Source: a virus
Strand: one strand, 5' to 3'
Length of the DNA stretch: 64,000 nt
Virus record (IMG/VR): IMGVR_UViG_3300027741_000024
Location: 32,001-96,000 of that record
Part shown: in pieces, positions 48,099 to 57,825 of the stretch
Numbering within the stretch: position 1 is the first letter of the stretch
How the letters are laid out: every line of letters begins with the position of its first letter
Made by a program: the position numbers and the translations under genes
Notes under the pieces: generated by a model
What the model saw: only the letters and a program-made list of their open reading frames with translations
Databases searched by the model: none
What the model was told of the DNA's origin: nothing

Positions 48099-48640
48099 AA
48101 AATATTCGTATAATTAAAACTGGCATTAACGTTTCAAAGATAAAGAAACAATTAGAAGAACATGCGTCTGATTGGAATTATCAGAAAGAACTGCAACATG
48201 CCACGGTACTTGATCCAGATGTTTATCTAAGCCAAAGTGGTGTGTTGCAATTAGTAATTGGCACGATTGATAAACCTGGTGATTATGTATTTGATTCTGA
48301 AGGTTGTATGGAAGCACCAGCATATTACCGACATACTGAAGCTGTTTCATTTATGAAACGACATTTCAAAGATTTTAAACGGTGTGGATTTCTTTCTATA
48401 CCTGTAGGTGGTGAAGTTGGCAAACATATTGATTTTGGCACTTATTACCTTAATAAAGACAGATATCACTTGTCAATACAAGGTCGTTACGTGTATACTG
48501 TAGGAGATGAAAGTTTAGTTGTTGAGCCAGGTACATTATTTTGGTTTAATAATAAATTGGAACACTCTGCCAAAAACATAGGAGACAATGTACGCATCAC
48601 GTTAGTATTTGATGTGCCACATAATAAACGCAATCCATGA
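48095..48640 (+). CDS. Asp/Asn beta-hydroxylase-like 2OG-Fe(II) oxygenase
   Basis: HID.G.YY...RYH, WFNNK..H.A.N....RI..VFD. Confidence 0.8.
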   Translation: MKNIRIIKTGINVSKIKKQLEEHASDWNYQKELQHATVLDPDVYLSQSGVLQLVIGTIDKPGDYVFDSEGCMEAPAYYRHTEAVSFMKRHFKDFKRCGFLSIPVGGEVGKHIDFGTYYLNKDRYHLSIQGRYVYTVGDESLVVEPGTLFWFNNKLEHSAKNIGDNVRITLVFDVPHNKRNP

Positions 48641-49545
48641 TACATGCTATATTACCATTTCTGACTGCAATTGCTTTATCTACTATCGCAGCATACTATT
48701 CAGTAATAGGTCTTGCACAGATATTTCCAGGTTCATATTGGCCGATTATTATTATGGGTTCGGTACTTGAAGCAGCAAAATTGGTAACAGTATCTTGGCT
48801 ACATACTCATTGGAAAGATACATTCTCCGCATTAAAAGTATATTTTCTAATTGCTGTTATACTACTCATGGCAATTACATCGATGGGTATTTTTGGTTAT
48901 TTGTCAAAAGCACATATCGAACATTCTACTGGTATCACACCACTGATTGAAAAGGAAATGATTTATGAGGAGAAGATTAAAACCCTCAAAGAGAGCATCG
49001 AGACTAATCGCAAAAATGTCTTACAGTTGGATGCGGCGGTTGACCAAGTCATGGCACGCTCAACGGACGAAAGGGGTGCAGAGAGGTCGAATCAAATCCG
49101 CAAAGCCCAACAGAAAGAGCGCACACGAATCTCTGATGAGATTGCTAGGTCGCAGACCGAAGTACAGAAAATTACGGAAGAAAAGTCTCCTATATCATTG
49201 GAAATTAAAAAGGCTGAATCAGACTTGGGGCCTATAAAATATGTTGCTGAAGTAGTTTACGGCACACAAGATCGTGATTTGATTGATAGAGCAGTTAGAT
49301 TAGTGATCTTTGTTATTATTGTAGTATTTGATCCACTTGCAGTATTGTTACTAATTGCCTCTAATCAAACGTATCGTAGATTGAAAGATAAACCTGAAAT
49401 AGAAATCAAAAAGGTAGTGAAGAAGAAAAAGATTGACAAGAAGGATGGTCCTAGTTTAGAATCCTTCTTTGTAGATGATAAACATCAAGTAATACCGAAA
49501 GATAAAATTGCTGATATGAATGGAGAAATGAATGAGCGTTCTTGA
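48637..49545 (+). CDS. Membrane protein with coiled-coil periplasmic region
   Basis: Three N-terminal hydrophobic segments, coiled coil, GPIKY, VFDPLAVLLL. Confidence 0.65.
   Translation: MIHAILPFLTAIALSTIAAYYSVIGLAQIFPGSYWPIIIMGSVLEAAKLVTVSWLHTHWKDTFSALKVYFLIAVILLMAITSMGIFGYLSKAHIEHSTGITPLIEKEMIYEEKIKTLKESIETNRKNVLQLDAAVDQVMARSTDERGAERSNQIRKAQQKERTRISDEIARSQTEVQKITEEKSPISLEIKKAESDLGPIKYVAEVVYGTQDRDLIDRAVRLVIFVIIVVFDPLAVLLLIASNQTYRRLKDKPEIEIKKVVKKKKIDKKDGPSLESFFVDDKHQVIPKDKIADMNGEMNERS
49522..49545 (+). repeat. 24-bp direct repeat, copy 1 (RBS plus start)
   Basis: ggagaaatgaatgagcgttcttga, identical at 50565-50588. Confidence 0.9.
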
Positions 49546-50395
49546 ACAGAAGGAAAAATATGAAAGAGTTGATTTTCTATCCACATATGGAATAATTCCA
49601 TATTCAATATGGGAAACCGAAAACGCTAAATTTTCAAATTCTATATTGAAAGAATTGAAAGAACGAAATGGAGAATCAACTAGAGAAAACACATTGAAAA
49701 GTTTTGGCGGTGCAGGAAAAAAAACAGCATATACTTCAACTACAAGTTATTTCAATCCTAATCTTTGTAAGATAATATATTCGTCATATTGTCCACCAAA
49801 AGGTAAAATATTTGATCCGTTTTCTTCTGTAGTTCGTCCATATATGGCAAAAAGTTTAAGATATAACTATGTCGGCTGTGAAATTCGTGAGAGTGAAGCA
49901 GAAAAAATTCAAAAAATATTAGATAATTCTTTTATTTTTGGTGAAGAATGTAGTGTCAATGTTCATAATATAGATTGTAGAAAATTTCAAACAGATGAAA
50001 AGTTTGATTTGATTTTTACCTGTCCTCCATATTGGACATTAGAAACCTATTCACAAGAAGAAGGAGATATTAGTAATATTTCCGACTATAAAATGTTTCT
50101 ATCAGAAATGGAAAATGTTTATAGAAAATGTCTCTCTTTAATGCATGAAAACTCATATTGTTGTTTTGTTGTTGCAGATTTTAGAGATTACACTGAAGGT
50201 AGAAAACTTGTAAACAGGCTTGTTCCATTTGTGTCGGATATGATAAGATGTGGAGAAGATGCTGGTCTTGTTTTATACGATAAAGTTATACTAAAAAAAC
50301 CTATAGGAACAGCACCATCAAGATTAAAGTTGTGGAATAATAGAAAAACTGTTAGAATACATGAAGAACTTTTAGTTTTTAGGAGAGAAATGTGA
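49532..50395 (+). CDS. N6A/N4C DNA methyltransferase-like protein
   Basis: IFDPFS (degenerate motif I), GCEIR, FTCPPYW (motif IV), HE.LLVF. Confidence 0.75.
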   Translation: MSVLEQKEKYERVDFLSTYGIIPYSIWETENAKFSNSILKELKERNGESTRENTLKSFGGAGKKTAYTSTTSYFNPNLCKIIYSSYCPPKGKIFDPFSSVVRPYMAKSLRYNYVGCEIRESEAEKIQKILDNSFIFGEECSVNVHNIDCRKFQTDEKFDLIFTCPPYWTLETYSQEEGDISNISDYKMFLSEMENVYRKCLSLMHENSYCCFVVADFRDYTEGRKLVNRLVPFVSDMIRCGEDAGLVLYDKVILKKPIGTAPSRLKLWNNRKTVRIHEELLVFRREM

Positions 50396-50574
50396 TTACA
50401 AATTATGAGAAGTCTGTGTCAATTTATGAAACGGGAGGTCAATATGCTGTTTATAAAGCAGTGGAAAAAGGACACCTATACGCAGATTCATGGCAAAAGT
50501 GTTTGCCGTGTGAAGATAAAACACCACATGAAGTAAATATATGTTTGGTTTGCGGAACACAACAGGAGAAATGA
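50392..50574 (+). CDS. Small zinc-finger-like protein
   Basis: CLPC...CLVC. Confidence 0.5.
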   Translation: MITNYEKSVSIYETGGQYAVYKAVEKGHLYADSWQKCLPCEDKTPHEVNICLVCGTQQEK

Positions 50575-50588
50575 ATGAGCGTTCTTGA
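50565..50588 (+). repeat. 24-bp direct repeat, copy 2 (uvsX RBS plus start)
   Basis: Identical to 49522-49545. Confidence 0.9.
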
Positions 50589-51636
50589 TAAGTTGAAAAA
50601 GAGTTCAACGATTAAAGAGACTTCCATACTTGCGAAGTCTCAATTCTTTACTGAGAAAGATATGATTCAAACTGATGTGCCTATTGTAAACGTGGCACTA
50701 TCAGGCAATCTAGATGGTGGTCTGACACCAGGTCTGACTATGTTTGCAGGTCCATCAAAACACTTTAAGACGGCATTTGCTTTGTTGATGGCATCTGCTT
50801 ATATGAAGAAGTATCCGGATGCGGTAGTTCTATTTTATGATTCTGAGTTTGGCACACCACAGAAATACTTTGAAACATTTAATATTGACACTGACCGTGT
50901 TCTACACACACCGATCACTGACGTTGAACAATTGAAACATGATATCATGGTGCAGTTACAACAGATTGAAAAAGGTAATAAAGTTATTATTATTCTTGAT
51001 TCAATTGGTAATCTAGCATCAAAGAAAGAAGTTGATGATGCAACAGAAGGTAAGACTGTTGCAGATATGAGTCGTGCAAAGCAAATGAAGTCGTTGTTCC
51101 GTATGGTCACACCACACTTGACTATCAAAGATATTCCAATGATTGTGGTAAATCACACATACAAAGAGATTGGTTTGTATCCTAAAGACATCGTTGGTGG
51201 TGGCACAGGTTCTTACTACTCAGCAGATACAATTTGGATTCTTGGTCGTCAGCAAGAAAAAACCGGCACCGAAATCACAGGATATAACTTCATCATCAAC
51301 GTTGAGAAATCACGTTTTGTTCGTGAGAAGTCTAAGATACCTGTAACAGTTTCATTTGATGGGGGCATCAATAAGTATTCTGGTCTACTTGATATTGCAC
51401 TTGAAGGTAACTTTGTACAAAAACCATCTAATGGTTGGTATGCAAAGGTCAACCAAGATACAGGTGAGATTGGTGACAAGAAACGATTAGATGATACACA
51501 GAATGCTGAATTCTGGAATGATATTCTTGCTAATGAGAAATTTAAAGAATATGTAAGGAAGAGATATGAGATCACGTATAGTAGCATTCTTGGACAAGAT
51601 ACAGTTTTGGAAAAAGAAGATGTCTCAGAAGTATGA
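50575..51636 (+). CDS. uvsX: RecA-like recombinase UvsX
   Basis: AGPSKHFKT, YDSEFG, DSIGNLASKKE, NHTY. Confidence 0.96.
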   Translation: MSVLDKLKKSSTIKETSILAKSQFFTEKDMIQTDVPIVNVALSGNLDGGLTPGLTMFAGPSKHFKTAFALLMASAYMKKYPDAVVLFYDSEFGTPQKYFETFNIDTDRVLHTPITDVEQLKHDIMVQLQQIEKGNKVIIILDSIGNLASKKEVDDATEGKTVADMSRAKQMKSLFRMVTPHLTIKDIPMIVVNHTYKEIGLYPKDIVGGGTGSYYSADTIWILGRQQEKTGTEITGYNFIINVEKSRFVREKSKIPVTVSFDGGINKYSGLLDIALEGNFVQKPSNGWYAKVNQDTGEIGDKKRLDDTQNAEFWNDILANEKFKEYVRKRYEITYSSILGQDTVLEKEDVSEV

Positions 51637-51937
51637 AGTAGATATTGATTATCAGTTTATACCATCTGATGATGAACAGATAACAGGCATCGGCATACTA
51701 AAAGGAAAGTATGCCGGTGTTCTGTATCACTATGGTAAAGCAAAGGTAATAGAAGAAGGTGAGTTTGCCAGACTCTACTTTGATTATACCATTGAACATA
51801 CACCCACTTTCAGCGTTCATGACTTGACAATTGATCAGGAATTTCATACAATGATAGGTGACATCTTAACAGAAATCTTAATGAAACAAACCAATGAAAC
51901 GACTAGAGACGACGATATTAAAGAATTTGATATTTAA
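51620..51937 (+). CDS. gp40-like head assembly chaperone / hypothetical
   Basis: Sits between uvsX and gp41, as T4 gene 40 does; start chosen at ATG 51620. Confidence 0.45.
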   Translation: MSQKYEVDIDYQFIPSDDEQITGIGILKGKYAGVLYHYGKAKVIEEGEFARLYFDYTIEHTPTFSVHDLTIDQEFHTMIGDILTEILMKQTNETTRDDDIKEFDI

Positions 51938-53300
51938 TGAGGACTATGCTCGTAAGATTTTACCTTTCATAAAATCGGAATACTTTACCGACAATACCGA
52001 GAAAATACTTTTTGAAGAAGTCAATGAGTATATTAATCACTACAAGAATCTTCCAACCTATGAATCTTTGGTAATTAATTTTACAGAATCTAAAAAACTG
52101 ACCGAACAACAAGTTCGTGATTCAGTTGAAATGCTTCGTGAAATTAATGCAGAGAAAGAAGAGAAATCGGATAACGCATGGTTAATTGATAACACTGAAA
52201 AGTTCTGTCAAGATAAAGCAATCTATAATGCTATCATGAAGTCTGTACAAATTCTTGATAACAAATCCGAAAATGATAGTAAAGGTTCTATACCAAAGTT
52301 ATTGAGTGATGCACTTGGTGTATCATTTGATTCATCCGTTGGTCACGATTATGTTGAAGATGCGGATAATCGGTTTGACTTTTATCATAAACACGAAACA
52401 AAGATTCCATTTGACCTAGACATCTTCAACAAGATTACCAAAGGTGGTTTGCCACAGAAAACGTTGAACATTGCTTTGGCCGGCACAGGCGTTGGTAAAT
52501 CTTTGTTCATGTGTCACGTTGCAGGTTCTTGTTTGTCTCAAGGTCTAAACGTATTGTACATCACGATGGAAATGGCTGAAGAACGAATCGCTGAACGTAT
52601 CGATGCCAATTTATTGAACATCGATATTGCAGACTTGAATTCTATCAGCAAACAAGATTATGACCGTAAGTTTTCTGCATTGAAAGTAAAGACACAAGGC
52701 AAGTTAATCATCAAAGAATATCCAACTGCTGCAGCATCTGCACTGCACTTCCGTTCTTTGTTAAATGAATTGCAACTAAAAAAGAGTTTCAAACCTGATA
52801 TCATTTTTATTGATTATCTTAACATTTGTGCAAGTGCTAGAATCAAGGCTGGTGCGAATGTCAATAGTTATTCTTATATTAAGGCTATTGCGGAAGAACT
52901 CAGGGGTCTTGCGGTTGAGTTTTCGGTACCCATAGTATCTGCCACACAGACAACACGTTCCGGCTTCACCTCCAGTGATCCAGGTCTTGAGGATACTAGT
53001 GAATCCTTTGGTCTACCTGCAACTGCTGACTTTATGTTCGCTTTGATAAGTACCGAAGAGTTGCAACAATTGAATCAAATTATGGTCAAACAATTAAAGA
53101 ACCGATATAATGACCCGAATACATTCAAACGATTCATGGTGGGTATTGACAGATCAAAGATGAAACTGTATGATGTTGAACAGTCAGCACAAGAAGATTT
53201 GATTGATGCTGGTCAAGTTGATGATAAACCATTGAATTCGTTTGGTGATCGTGAAAGACTTAGTGGTATGAAAAATAAGTTTGGAGGATTTAAAGTATGA
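51894..53300 (+). CDS. gp41: Replicative helicase gp41
   Basis: AGTGVGKSL, IFIDYLNI, SATQTTRSG, TSESFGLP, KQLKNRY. Confidence 0.97.
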   Translation: MKRLETTILKNLIFNEDYARKILPFIKSEYFTDNTEKILFEEVNEYINHYKNLPTYESLVINFTESKKLTEQQVRDSVEMLREINAEKEEKSDNAWLIDNTEKFCQDKAIYNAIMKSVQILDNKSENDSKGSIPKLLSDALGVSFDSSVGHDYVEDADNRFDFYHKHETKIPFDLDIFNKITKGGLPQKTLNIALAGTGVGKSLFMCHVAGSCLSQGLNVLYITMEMAEERIAERIDANLLNIDIADLNSISKQDYDRKFSALKVKTQGKLIIKEYPTAAASALHFRSLLNELQLKKSFKPDIIFIDYLNICASARIKAGANVNSYSYIKAIAEELRGLAVEFSVPIVSATQTTRSGFTSSDPGLEDTSESFGLPATADFMFALISTEELQQLNQIMVKQLKNRYNDPNTFKRFMVGIDRSKMKLYDVEQSAQEDLIDAGQVDDKPLNSFGDRERLSGMKNKFGGFKV

Positions 53301-53860
53301 GTTACGTGAAATATTATGATAATGTTTTGCCTAAGACATTTTGTGATTCTGTTATAAAGAAGTTTGAGAATCATCCAAAACAACACAGAGAAACCTTTTT
53401 AGAAGGGCATCGTTCATTCACCGAATTAAATTTGAATGAGAACATTGTAAGTTGGAAATCTGAAATAGACTATCTAGTAAGCACGATGCAAACCTATATG
53501 GATGTGTATAAGAAGGATGTCGGTGTTGATTTGATGGCATGGCCAGAAAACTTTGGATTTGAACAATTAAGGATGAAACGATATCTACCAAACGATCAAG
53601 ATGAGTTTAAGTTTCATGTAGATGTACAAGACTATGCCTCAGCACGTAGATTTTTGGTATTTTTTTGGTATCTGAATGATGTGGAAGAAGGTGGACAGAC
53701 AGCATTTCAACTCAACAGAAATCAACCGGTTAAAGTTAAAGTACAACCTAGAACAGGTCGCTTGCTAATGTTTCCACCATTGTGGACACACCCACATGTG
53801 GCATTCAAACCAGTAGATGTACCAAAGTATATTGTTGGTGGTTACTTACATTACGTTTAA
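53297..53860 (+). CDS. 2OG-Fe(II) oxygenase
   Basis: HVD, YLNDVEEGGQT, FPP.WTHPH, KYI. Confidence 0.9.
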   Translation: MSYVKYYDNVLPKTFCDSVIKKFENHPKQHRETFLEGHRSFTELNLNENIVSWKSEIDYLVSTMQTYMDVYKKDVGVDLMAWPENFGFEQLRMKRYLPNDQDEFKFHVDVQDYASARRFLVFFWYLNDVEEGGQTAFQLNRNQPVKVKVQPRTGRLLMFPPLWTHPHVAFKPVDVPKYIVGGYLHYV

Positions 53861-53865
53861 AAATT

Positions 53866-54981
53866 ATGAATCTAACTAGAGATCAAGCAGTATATTGTGC
53901 TAACATCTATTCAAAATACTTTGATAAATTTCAGAGAATTGATGATTATATTCGTGATCAAAAACTAAATTCTTTATCTGAAAGACCTCCTACTTTGTTT
54001 GGTATGGGACCAGAAGAAGATTTATTTTCAGACTTTGATATACACCCACAAGATATGGAGTTTGAACTTGTAGAACTACCACAAAATAATTGGGACATTT
54101 ATTTGAACATGATTTCTTCACATTCAAATATGACTAGTATTCCTGGTAGATGTTTTCGTTTGGCAGTACAAGAAAAGAATACAAAGAAGTGGGTTGGTTT
54201 CATTCGTTTGGGTTCTCCTGTTATTAACATGAAACCAAGAAATGAAATGTTGGGTGGTGTATTTTCTCAAACACCCGAATCTGCAAAGTCATTTAATCAC
54301 ACATCGATTATGGGTTTTGTGATTGTACCTTCACAACCCTTTGGTTTTAATTACCTTGGTGGTAAACTACTTGCTGCAATCTGTTGTTCACATTGGGTCA
54401 AAGAAAAGTTAGATGCAAAGTATGACATGAATACCTGTTTGTTTGAAACGACAAGTCTTTATGGCAGTTCAAAGTCATCATCACAATATGATGGCATGAA
54501 ACCATATTTAAGATTCAAAGGTTTGACTGACAGCAATTTCTTACCAATGATGCACGGTAAACCTTATGATGATTTAAAGAACTATGTTGAGAATGCGATT
54601 GGTGAATTCGTACCTGCTGATGCATCATCACGTAAACTGAAAGTCTCAAACGCAATCATTTCAATGACTAAAGTGGCATTGAAAGGTTCACCAGAAGGTG
54701 AGAAGTTTGCACAGACTGTGGAGAATGCCTTGTCATTGACAGAAAAGAAACGATACTATGCCTCAAATTATGGTTACAGTAACTTTACAGATGTGGTCAT
54801 GGGTAAAACGGACAAATTGATTCCAGACAAGGAGAACTATGATAAGTTTCATCTGGAGACGATCATAGACTGGTGGAAGAAGAAATCAACGACCAGATAT
54901 GATACACTCAAGTCTGAGAATAGGCTACGCTCCGAGATAGAAGTATGGACAGGCGAAAAAGAACTTGACATTATCAGGTAA
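53866..54981 (+). CDS. DUF4338 (DruA-like) domain protein, copy 2
   Basis: QPFGFNYLGGKLLAAIC, ETTSLYG....SQYDG; ATG at 53866. Confidence 0.6.
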   Translation: MNLTRDQAVYCANIYSKYFDKFQRIDDYIRDQKLNSLSERPPTLFGMGPEEDLFSDFDIHPQDMEFELVELPQNNWDIYLNMISSHSNMTSIPGRCFRLAVQEKNTKKWVGFIRLGSPVINMKPRNEMLGGVFSQTPESAKSFNHTSIMGFVIVPSQPFGFNYLGGKLLAAICCSHWVKEKLDAKYDMNTCLFETTSLYGSSKSSSQYDGMKPYLRFKGLTDSNFLPMMHGKPYDDLKNYVENAIGEFVPADASSRKLKVSNAIISMTKVALKGSPEGEKFAQTVENALSLTEKKRYYASNYGYSNFTDVVMGKTDKLIPDKENYDKFHLETIIDWWKKKSTTRYDTLKSENRLRSEIEVWTGEKELDIIR

Positions 54982-54998
54982 TCCTGTTAGTATAAATA
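54965..54998 (+). promoter_or_regulatory. Late promoter TATAAATA (54991-98) overlapped by a possible sigma70 promoter
   Basis: TTGACA-17-TAGTAT with TG, overlapping an exact TATAAATA. Confidence 0.7.
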
Positions 54999-55023
54999 CT
55001 TCATCAATCATATGGAGTATTAA

Positions 55024-56145
55024 ATGGCAAAATCTTATTCAGCTGCAGAATTAACAAAGATGCAAGAACTCGGTTCTGCGTGGGTTTTTCGTAGAGTATT
55101 GAATGATAATCAAATATACAACACTCCAGACGATATTGTAAAAGATAAAAAGTATAGTGAGTTGGTGAAAATTTATCCAGCAATAAATGCTGAATGGTTG
55201 AAAGCATTTCATGCCCAACAAAAAACTATGTTTAAAGAATTCGCATCATCTAAGTTTACAGAGTTCACAAGAGATGGTGGATTTATGGATTACATTACAG
55301 AACTTGTTCGCACAAAATTTAAAATTTCTAAAAAAGATTCTTGGGATCCCGCTGATATTTGGTGTGTTCAGAATGAACAAAAAGTTATTGCGGATATTAA
55401 AAAGATAATTGAAGATGGTAAAGCATCCAGTCTTTTAGAGTTAAATGCTCTTATGAGAACAATGTATAAAGAAAGAAGGCTTGTTGGTGTTTCTCTAAAA
55501 TTAATTTCTGGTAAAGAAGCAAAGTATGAAGAAGTTAATATAAATGAGGCTGATTTTCCTGATAAGAAAAATTATAATTTCAACATATCATCAATGAAGT
55601 GCCCTTTAAATTTAAAAAATGGAACACAATTTGCAACGCAAGATACTAGAATTATTGTGGAAGGTGATGGCGTAAAATATGATTTTCAAATTAAAGCAAA
55701 TAGCACATCTGGTTATAATAACTTAAAATTTGAACCAACTTCATCAGCAGGTACTAAAGCGAGATTAGGTAAAACACCACTTGACTTGTTAGCAAAACTA
55801 CTGAAAGATTATAAACTGCCATTTAAAAATAGTCATAAAGAATATCCAATGACTGGCGCAGAGTTCAATGATAAAACTTCTTTACAATATGCCAAGAATG
55901 TATACAATTCAATTGTTGCGGCAAAAGTTGATACTGGTGTGAAAAATGAAGAAGAGTTTATTGCAAATATGCAAAAAGTATTTACACTTGAACCACATAC
56001 AGCGAATTCTAAATTAATGCAGTTAAACTTTTTATACAATATTTGTGAAATGGAAAAAGAAGAAAGAGATAATCTATTAACTGATATGTGCTTTCTTGCT
56101 CAGAAAAAAGGCCGCCAATTTGGTCCATTTGGAAAATTATACTAA
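55024..56145 (+). CDS. Hypothetical protein, possible PD-(D/E)xK-fold nuclease
   Basis: KDSWDPADIW ... VGVSLK motif. Confidence 0.4.
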   Translation: MAKSYSAAELTKMQELGSAWVFRRVLNDNQIYNTPDDIVKDKKYSELVKIYPAINAEWLKAFHAQQKTMFKEFASSKFTEFTRDGGFMDYITELVRTKFKISKKDSWDPADIWCVQNEQKVIADIKKIIEDGKASSLLELNALMRTMYKERRLVGVSLKLISGKEAKYEEVNINEADFPDKKNYNFNISSMKCPLNLKNGTQFATQDTRIIVEGDGVKYDFQIKANSTSGYNNLKFEPTSSAGTKARLGKTPLDLLAKLLKDYKLPFKNSHKEYPMTGAEFNDKTSLQYAKNVYNSIVAAKVDTGVKNEEEFIANMQKVFTLEPHTANSKLMQLNFLYNICEMEKEERDNLLTDMCFLAQKKGRQFGPFGKLY

Positions 56146-56146
56146 A

Positions 56147-57376
56147 ATGAAATTCAGAGAATATTTAACCGAAGCAAAAAAAGAAGGTAAGAACGTTCAC
56201 CTAGAACATCTTGAAGATAATGTATTGAACAATGGTGTGTCTGGTGCAAGAGAAGCAATCAACTTTCTGCGTTCACTTCGCAATATGTTAGCAGGTCATT
56301 CCGATGTTAAAGTAAACGTGACAACAAAATGGGATGGTGCACCTGCAATATTTTGTGGCATTAATCCAGAAAACGGTAAGTTCTTTGTTGGTACAAAATC
56401 TGTGTTCAACAAGAATGCCAAACTAAACTATACTGACGCAGACATTGATGAGAATCATCCATCAGAAGGACTGAATGATAAACTGAAGATTGCACTTGCA
56501 TACTTACCAAAGTTAGGTATCAAGGGTATTCTGCAAGGTGATATGATGTTCACCAAAGATGATTTAAAACACGAAACGATTGATGGTGAAGAGTATTTAA
56601 TATTTCAACCGAATACAATTGTGTATGCAGTACCAGCAAATACTAAACTGGCTAAGATGATGCAAGCCGCACAACTTGGTGTGGTATTTCATACATCATA
56701 TGTTGGTAAAAATATTGAGAACATGAAAGCATCATTCAATATCGATATTGGTCATTTACAAACAACTAAAGATGTTTGGTTCCGTGATGCATCATTCACT
56801 GACGCATCTGGTTCTGCCACATTCACAGAAAAAGAAACTGCTGACCTCACATCAATTCTTTCACAAGCAGGAAGATTGTTCACTACAATACCTGCACTCA
56901 TACTTAATAAGATTGCATCATCCGAAACTTATCTGATGCAAATTAAAACGTACAACAATACCAAAGTGCGTGAGGGTCAAGAGATTCGTGATACTAGGGC
57001 ACATGTAACCGGTTTGATGAAGTGGGTAGAAGATAAACTGAACAAAGAAATCTCTGCTGCAAAGAAAGCAGATACGAAAGAGAAACGCATCAAAGAGAAA
57101 ACAGAAGTCATGCGATTCTATCGTACCAATGCTGCACAACTAAAAAACATATTTGATTTGATGAATATGATCATTGAGGCAAAACTTATGATCATTCGTA
57201 AGTTGGAAACTATTCGTTCAATCGGCACATTTGTTCGTACTGATGATGGATTCAGAATCACAGCACCAGAAGGATTTGTAGCAGTAGATAAACTAAAAGG
57301 TAATGCATTGAAATTAGTTGATCGTTTAGAGTTCAGTCATCAGAATTTTAGTGCTGCTAAAAATTGGAGTAAATGA
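56147..57376 (+). CDS. DUF6267-like protein with ligase/nucleotidyltransferase motifs and a capsid-targeting N-terminus
   Basis: MKFREYLTEA; KNVHLEHLED; TKWDGAPA; QGD; PEGFVA; KLVDR. Confidence 0.6.
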   Translation: MKFREYLTEAKKEGKNVHLEHLEDNVLNNGVSGAREAINFLRSLRNMLAGHSDVKVNVTTKWDGAPAIFCGINPENGKFFVGTKSVFNKNAKLNYTDADIDENHPSEGLNDKLKIALAYLPKLGIKGILQGDMMFTKDDLKHETIDGEEYLIFQPNTIVYAVPANTKLAKMMQAAQLGVVFHTSYVGKNIENMKASFNIDIGHLQTTKDVWFRDASFTDASGSATFTEKETADLTSILSQAGRLFTTIPALILNKIASSETYLMQIKTYNNTKVREGQEIRDTRAHVTGLMKWVEDKLNKEISAAKKADTKEKRIKEKTEVMRFYRTNAAQLKNIFDLMNMIIEAKLMIIRKLETIRSIGTFVRTDDGFRITAPEGFVAVDKLKGNALKLVDRLEFSHQNFSAAKNWSK

Positions 57377-57648
57377 TGGAATACGATATCAATAAGATTA
57401 TGGCAGAATATGGAGATAAAGATTTTGGTTTCTCCACAGTTGACGAAGTTGAATATGAAGCAGTTATTGCAGAAAAAAATGATACAGTCCAAGAATACAA
57501 AGATCGTTTAACTGAAGTAGAAAAAATTATCATGCCATTTTTGACCAATTTGCTCAAGTCAAAAGATCAACCATACATTCATTGGCCTAATCGTGGTCCA
57601 ATCATTGAGAAACAAATACAGAAGATATTGACGTTGACGAGGAATTAG
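57373..57648 (+). CDS. Hypothetical protein
   Basis: DFGFS, I.PFL.NL, YIHWPNR. Confidence 0.55.
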   Translation: MMEYDINKIMAEYGDKDFGFSTVDEVEYEAVIAEKNDTVQEYKDRLTEVEKIIMPFLTNLLKSKDQPYIHWPNRGPIIEKQIQKILTLTRN

Positions 57649-57806
57649 TGAAATCGTTCAAAGAATATATTAAAGATTTAAAAGGTACACAAGAGTTTGT
57701 ATCTAAGGCTGGTGCTGGTGAATGGGGTAGACCAGAAACGGTACAAAAATATGTAAAAGACACACCAGGACAAACTATAGAACTATATAAGAAATACACT
57801 AATTAA
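57648..57806 (+). CDS. Small putative internal head protein (52 aa), missing from the ORF track
   Basis: GTG start after GAGG; MKSFKEYI...GAGEWG...DTPGQ. Confidence 0.55.
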   Translation: MKSFKEYIKDLKGTQEFVSKAGAGEWGRPETVQKYVKDTPGQTIELYKKYTN

Positions 57807-57825
57807 TTTTTTACGTGAGGATATT

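Noticed and set aside
45567-53300. Introns or inteins in gp43, uvsX and gp41 (also gp17)
   Set aside because: Lengths and motif spacing are canonical and the frames are uninterrupted
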